DNA of 54,746 bases, taken from positions 28,036,047 through 28,090,792 of the forward strand of contig NC_068982.1 of NCBI RefSeq assembly GCF_001194135.2. The letters are read 5' to 3'. Numbering within the stretch: position 1 is the stretch's first letter; every line of letters begins with the position of its first letter. Origin of the DNA: Octopus bimaculoides. Lineage: Eukaryota. This document shows, piece after piece, positions 50,748 through 54,746 of the stretch. The position numbers were made by a program, and so were the translations under genes. The notes under the pieces were generated by a model, which made no database searches, had not been told where the DNA came from, and saw nothing but the letters and a program-made list of their open reading frames with translations.

Positions 50748-51110
50748 ACTCTTTTACTTGTTTCAGTCATTTGACTGTGGCCATGCTGGAGCACTGCCTT
50801 CAGTTGAGCAAATCGACCCCAGGACTTATTCTTTGTAAGCCTAGTACTTATTCTATCGGTCTCTTTTGCCAAACCACTAAGTTACGGGGGTTGTAAACAC
50901 ACCAGCATTGGTTGTCAAGCGATGTTGGGGGGACAAACACAGACACACATATATACAACGGGCTTCTTTCTGTTTCCGCCTACCAAATCCACTCACAAGG
51001 CTTTGGTCGGCCCAAGGATACAGTAGAAGACACTTGCCTAAGGTGCCACGCAGTGGGACTGAACCCGGAACCATGTGGTTGGTAAGCAAGCTACTTACCA
51101 CACAGCCACC
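50748..51110 (-). mobile_element. SINE family A, well-preserved copy in a PRPF31 intron
   Basis: High similarity to 10878-11318 with CpGs retained. Confidence 0.85.
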
Positions 51111-52727
51111 TCAAATTTATTTAGGCAATGTAACTTGCAGAAAATACCAATACTATTTTTTGATAGATATTTGACATCTTTACTGGAATAACCATGAAAT
51201 TTAATTTCACAGTAAAATGGTTAAAGTGATCTAAATTAGAACCTTCCATTAAAATTACATGTTAATTTATATTCCAAACACCAGCATAATAACAACAGAG
51301 ATTTTGATAATTTTTTTATTATTTTCAAAATTAATTGAAAAAACAAGCAGTGTATCAACATAAATATGGTAATGAATGGGATAAATTCAGTTTTCAATTT
51401 TCCTAAGAAATATTGAAAAATTGTATAAATGAATCAACAGAATCAAATTAGGATCAAATTTCAATAAAAAGAACCAAGCAGTAGTGAAATCACTACACAG
51501 GAAAAGAGACAAAAAATTCATTCTCATTGTCACAACTTTTCCTGTTGGCATGGATCAGATGAAACATTTTGAGGCAAATTTTCAACAACTGGAGACTCTT
51601 CCTGTCAATCTCTGAACTCTTTGCAATTAAAGTAATATTTCCCTTAGTCCTTGAAATAATGACTAGCTCAAAGGCTAGACATGTTTTCTGGACAGATTGC
51701 AAACAATGGTACTATGTATGGTGACCACACTCATGCACACATCCAAATTTATGGATACATGACAAACCTTTTAAATTTTCCATCTAACAATTCCACTTAC
51801 AAGGCATTGGTCAACCTGAAACCATAGTAGATGACATGCTTACAGTGTCATGCAATGGAACTGAACCCTACACCATGTAGTTGCAAAGTGAAATCTTCAA
51901 CTAAACAAGTGACTTCAAATTTCAGTACATATAAACAATCATGTCCCAGGTAGGTCGTTTGGTTTAGTTATTTGCAGGTACTTTTAAAGAAAGTTGGTTG
52001 CTTAACTTGTGCCAATTAATCATTACATAGTTATTGTTGTTGCTTAGACCCAGGTCTGCCTTGATTGTGCAGACCAAGGCATTCCAGCCATAACAATTCT
52101 CTTGTTTTTAGGCAGTTTATCTTGATCAGCATTATCTGTGTCTTATCATTATTTAAGAAAAAAAGGATGTGATATGAGAAAGAAATGGCTACTTTTTCTA
52201 GCAGATTGTGCAACCACATAGAGGCTCTCTCAATAGACTGACAAAGACACAAAAGTATAGGTTTATATGATGGTATACAAAGCACCATAGTTTATTCCAT
52301 GTGATGTCTAATACAAAAGAGGCTGACTGAGCTTACAGCCTGAATAGACTCTAATACAGTAGAAATGTTTAAAGGTGAGATGTAATTCATTAAGTTCAAG
52401 TTTTCCAAATAAATGGAAAAACAAAAGAAAGATTTTCATAGTTTGAGAGAAAGAAAACTGTGTTTTCAGTAGTGTATTAATTTTTTGAGTTCAAAAACTG
52501 CCAAAGTCAACTTTGCCTTTCATCCTTTTGGGGGCTACAAAAGTACCAGCTAAGCATTAGGTTTGATGCTATTGACCACCCACTTGAAACGTTTCAGGCC
52601 TTGGGCCAAAAGTAGAAGAATCATTTAGATCAGGAAAGAAAGACAGTGCCATATCATTTGCAAGTCTTCCCAGACTGTTAAGGTTATCTACTTGCAGAAA
52701 TTGCAAAATGAAAAGAAAAATTCTTAC

Positions 52728-52845
52728 CCATCAATTTAGCAGCTATTGAGGCACCTACAATTGTAGAGATGTTGGGTGCAATAAAGCTCATCCGAGACTC
52801 TACATAGTGGAAAATACGCTGTTTGTAGTCATTCAAGTCAATAGC
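52728..52845 (-). CDS. PRPF31: PRPF31 internal exon (118 nt), AIDLNDYKQRIFHYVESRMSFIAPNISTIVGASIAAKLM(G)
   Basis: ctag| acceptor and |gtaag donor. Contains the YVESRMSFIAPN motif at the start of the Nop domain. Confidence 0.97.
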
Positions 52846-54303
52846 CTAGCAGATAAAAAGTTTAAAAAAAAAAATATTCAAACCTCATATTTGTAAGTAT
52901 CACAAAAAACTGACAATGAGACAAAAAATATCACTTAAACTACATACACAACAAACAAATTACATGTAAATAATTACACAAAATAATCATCATCATTATC
53001 GTTGTTTTAACGATTGTTTTTCAATGCTTGAATGCGACTGAGTTTGTCGAGACAAATTTTCTACAGCCAAATGCATTTCCAGGCCCTAACCCTCACCCGT
53101 TTCCAAGTAAGGTAATATTTACCCCATGACCAGACATGTTTTCACAGAGTAATGAAAATGAATGACACTGCTTGTATAATAATGACTATCATTTACAACT
53201 ATCTTGCGATGTCAAGGCAAGGAGACACAAACACATATATATACATGTATGGCAGGCTTCTTTCAGTTTCTGTTTAAGAAATTCACTCACTACGATTTGG
53301 TGATAGTAGAAGACACTTGTCAAAGGTGCTACAAGTTGGACTGAACTTGAACCTATGTGGTTCGGAAGCAAACTTCTTAACCACACAGCCACTCTATAAA
53401 TGAGATACTGATGAGAATAGTTTTATGGTACAGTAGCATTTTGCAGAATTTAAAATTAAGCAAAGTATAGTGCTCAGAGTGCTTCCAACAATTTTATACA
53501 TCAAATGGATAAAAAAAAAAGACAATAAAAGTTAGGCTTACAGATTCTAATTTACATAACCCAGTTGTCCAATAAGACAATGGAATAGTACATATAAAGT
53601 GTTGATTAAGTATTAAGTATAATAGTTTAAGTAGCAGGTGTAAGTTCAATTCCTCGCTCAGTCAAGGATAAAGCATCTTTCTTGAGCCCTATAGACTCAT
53701 AAGAGTCAGTTTCCAGGTTTCTGTGGTATACATACATCTACCCACTCGTTTTTGCCAACTGAGTGGGCTGGAGTAATGTGACATGAAGTGTTTTACTCAA
53801 GAACACAATGCAATGCCCAGTCCAGGAATTGAAAGCACAATGTTATGATCATGAATCCAACAACCTTATCACAGGGCACATACCTTCACGAACATTATAT
53901 ACTCTGGTTTAAGTGGAATGAGCAAGAGACATCATAGATTGGACAGCAACTAATAGAAGAATGGACAATGGAAAGTGGGGTTAGATTTAATAGAGTTCAG
54001 TTTGAAATTCTAAGAATGCTACTGTACATACCAAGCACCTGAAGAAGTCTGAAGAATATAACAGCTGAACAGCTGTGGCTATAACAACCAAGATGAAGAT
54101 AACCTCACGCTCCTGGCTTATTTTCATATGAACAGTGTGATTTTTTCCTTGGCTCTTGTTATGATAACAGATTGCAACACTGCAGTATACCCAGAATGTT
54201 TAATGTAAAAAATCTTCTTAGGAAAATCATTTGAATATCAGTCAACTATAGTAATAATCATTCTTTAGTGGATGCAGATCTAAAATATTTATTATGACTA
54301 TTA

Positions 54304-54370
54304 ATTATATGATACAACATAGTTATAGTTATATGATGTGACATAGTCATAATTATATGATACATCATAG
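54304..54370 (+). repeat. ~24-bp tandem repeat x3 (ttatatgatacaacatagttatag)
   Basis: Imperfect units about 70 nt inside the intron after the 54443 donor. Confidence 0.65.
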
Positions 54371-54442
54371 AAATAATGCCATAATAATAATAATCAAAAA
54401 ATCTATTTCATTGAAATAATAGAAAGAAATTAACTGGTTTAC

Positions 54443-54494
54443 CATGTCACATGCTTCAATGACACGATCCATTTCTTCAACTGTTAATTCTGTC
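54443..54494 (-). CDS. PRPF31: PRPF31 internal exon (52 nt), TELTVEEMDRVIEACDM
   Basis: Minus strand reads ttgcag|G ACA GAA ... GAC ATG|gtaaac. It resembles human QLSEEELERLEEACDM, and the phases (2 in, 0 out) join the next exon. Confidence 0.9.
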
Positions 54495-54746
54495 CTGCAA
54501 TGAGACAGAGAGAGAGAAAGTGGGTAAAAAAAAAAAAAAAGATAAACTGTTTGCAAACATGAAAGGGTTAATAAGAATAATCTTAAAACCAAGGTGAATG
54601 AGTTGTTTCTAATCTTTTACTAGAATTTGGCACAGAACCAATATTTGCCTTGAGGATGACTGAATCATCATTATAGATGACTGACTCAGCCCAATCACAC
54701 TAGTTTTTTTTATTGATTAGTGAAATGAATAACCAATGTCAACATT

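Overview
AT-rich, gap-containing draft eukaryotic sequence dense in microsatellites and SINEs. The repeat families resemble those I associate with octopus, so the taxon is an inference. Two spliced genes converge tail-to-tail. On the minus strand, eight coding exons (54494 down to 35337) encode the C-terminal ~60% of the splicing factor PRPF31; its 5' exons lie beyond the right edge. On the plus strand are the last two recognisable exons (15176-15286, 19318-19521) of a probable FAM81-family coiled-coil gene. The rest is mostly mobile DNA: a full-length but dead Hsmar1-like mariner with TIRs and TA duplication, MITEs of piggyBac, hAT, pogo and mariner type, at least four SINE families and LINE remnants. 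The most notable unexplained structures are three unrelated long fold-back hairpins, an orphan spliced exon pair in the intergenic gap, a SINE-derived 26-bp tandem array next to a PRPF31 donor, and two near-exact local duplications. I found no clearly novel multi-gene system. Comparisons to human genes are from memory, not from a search.
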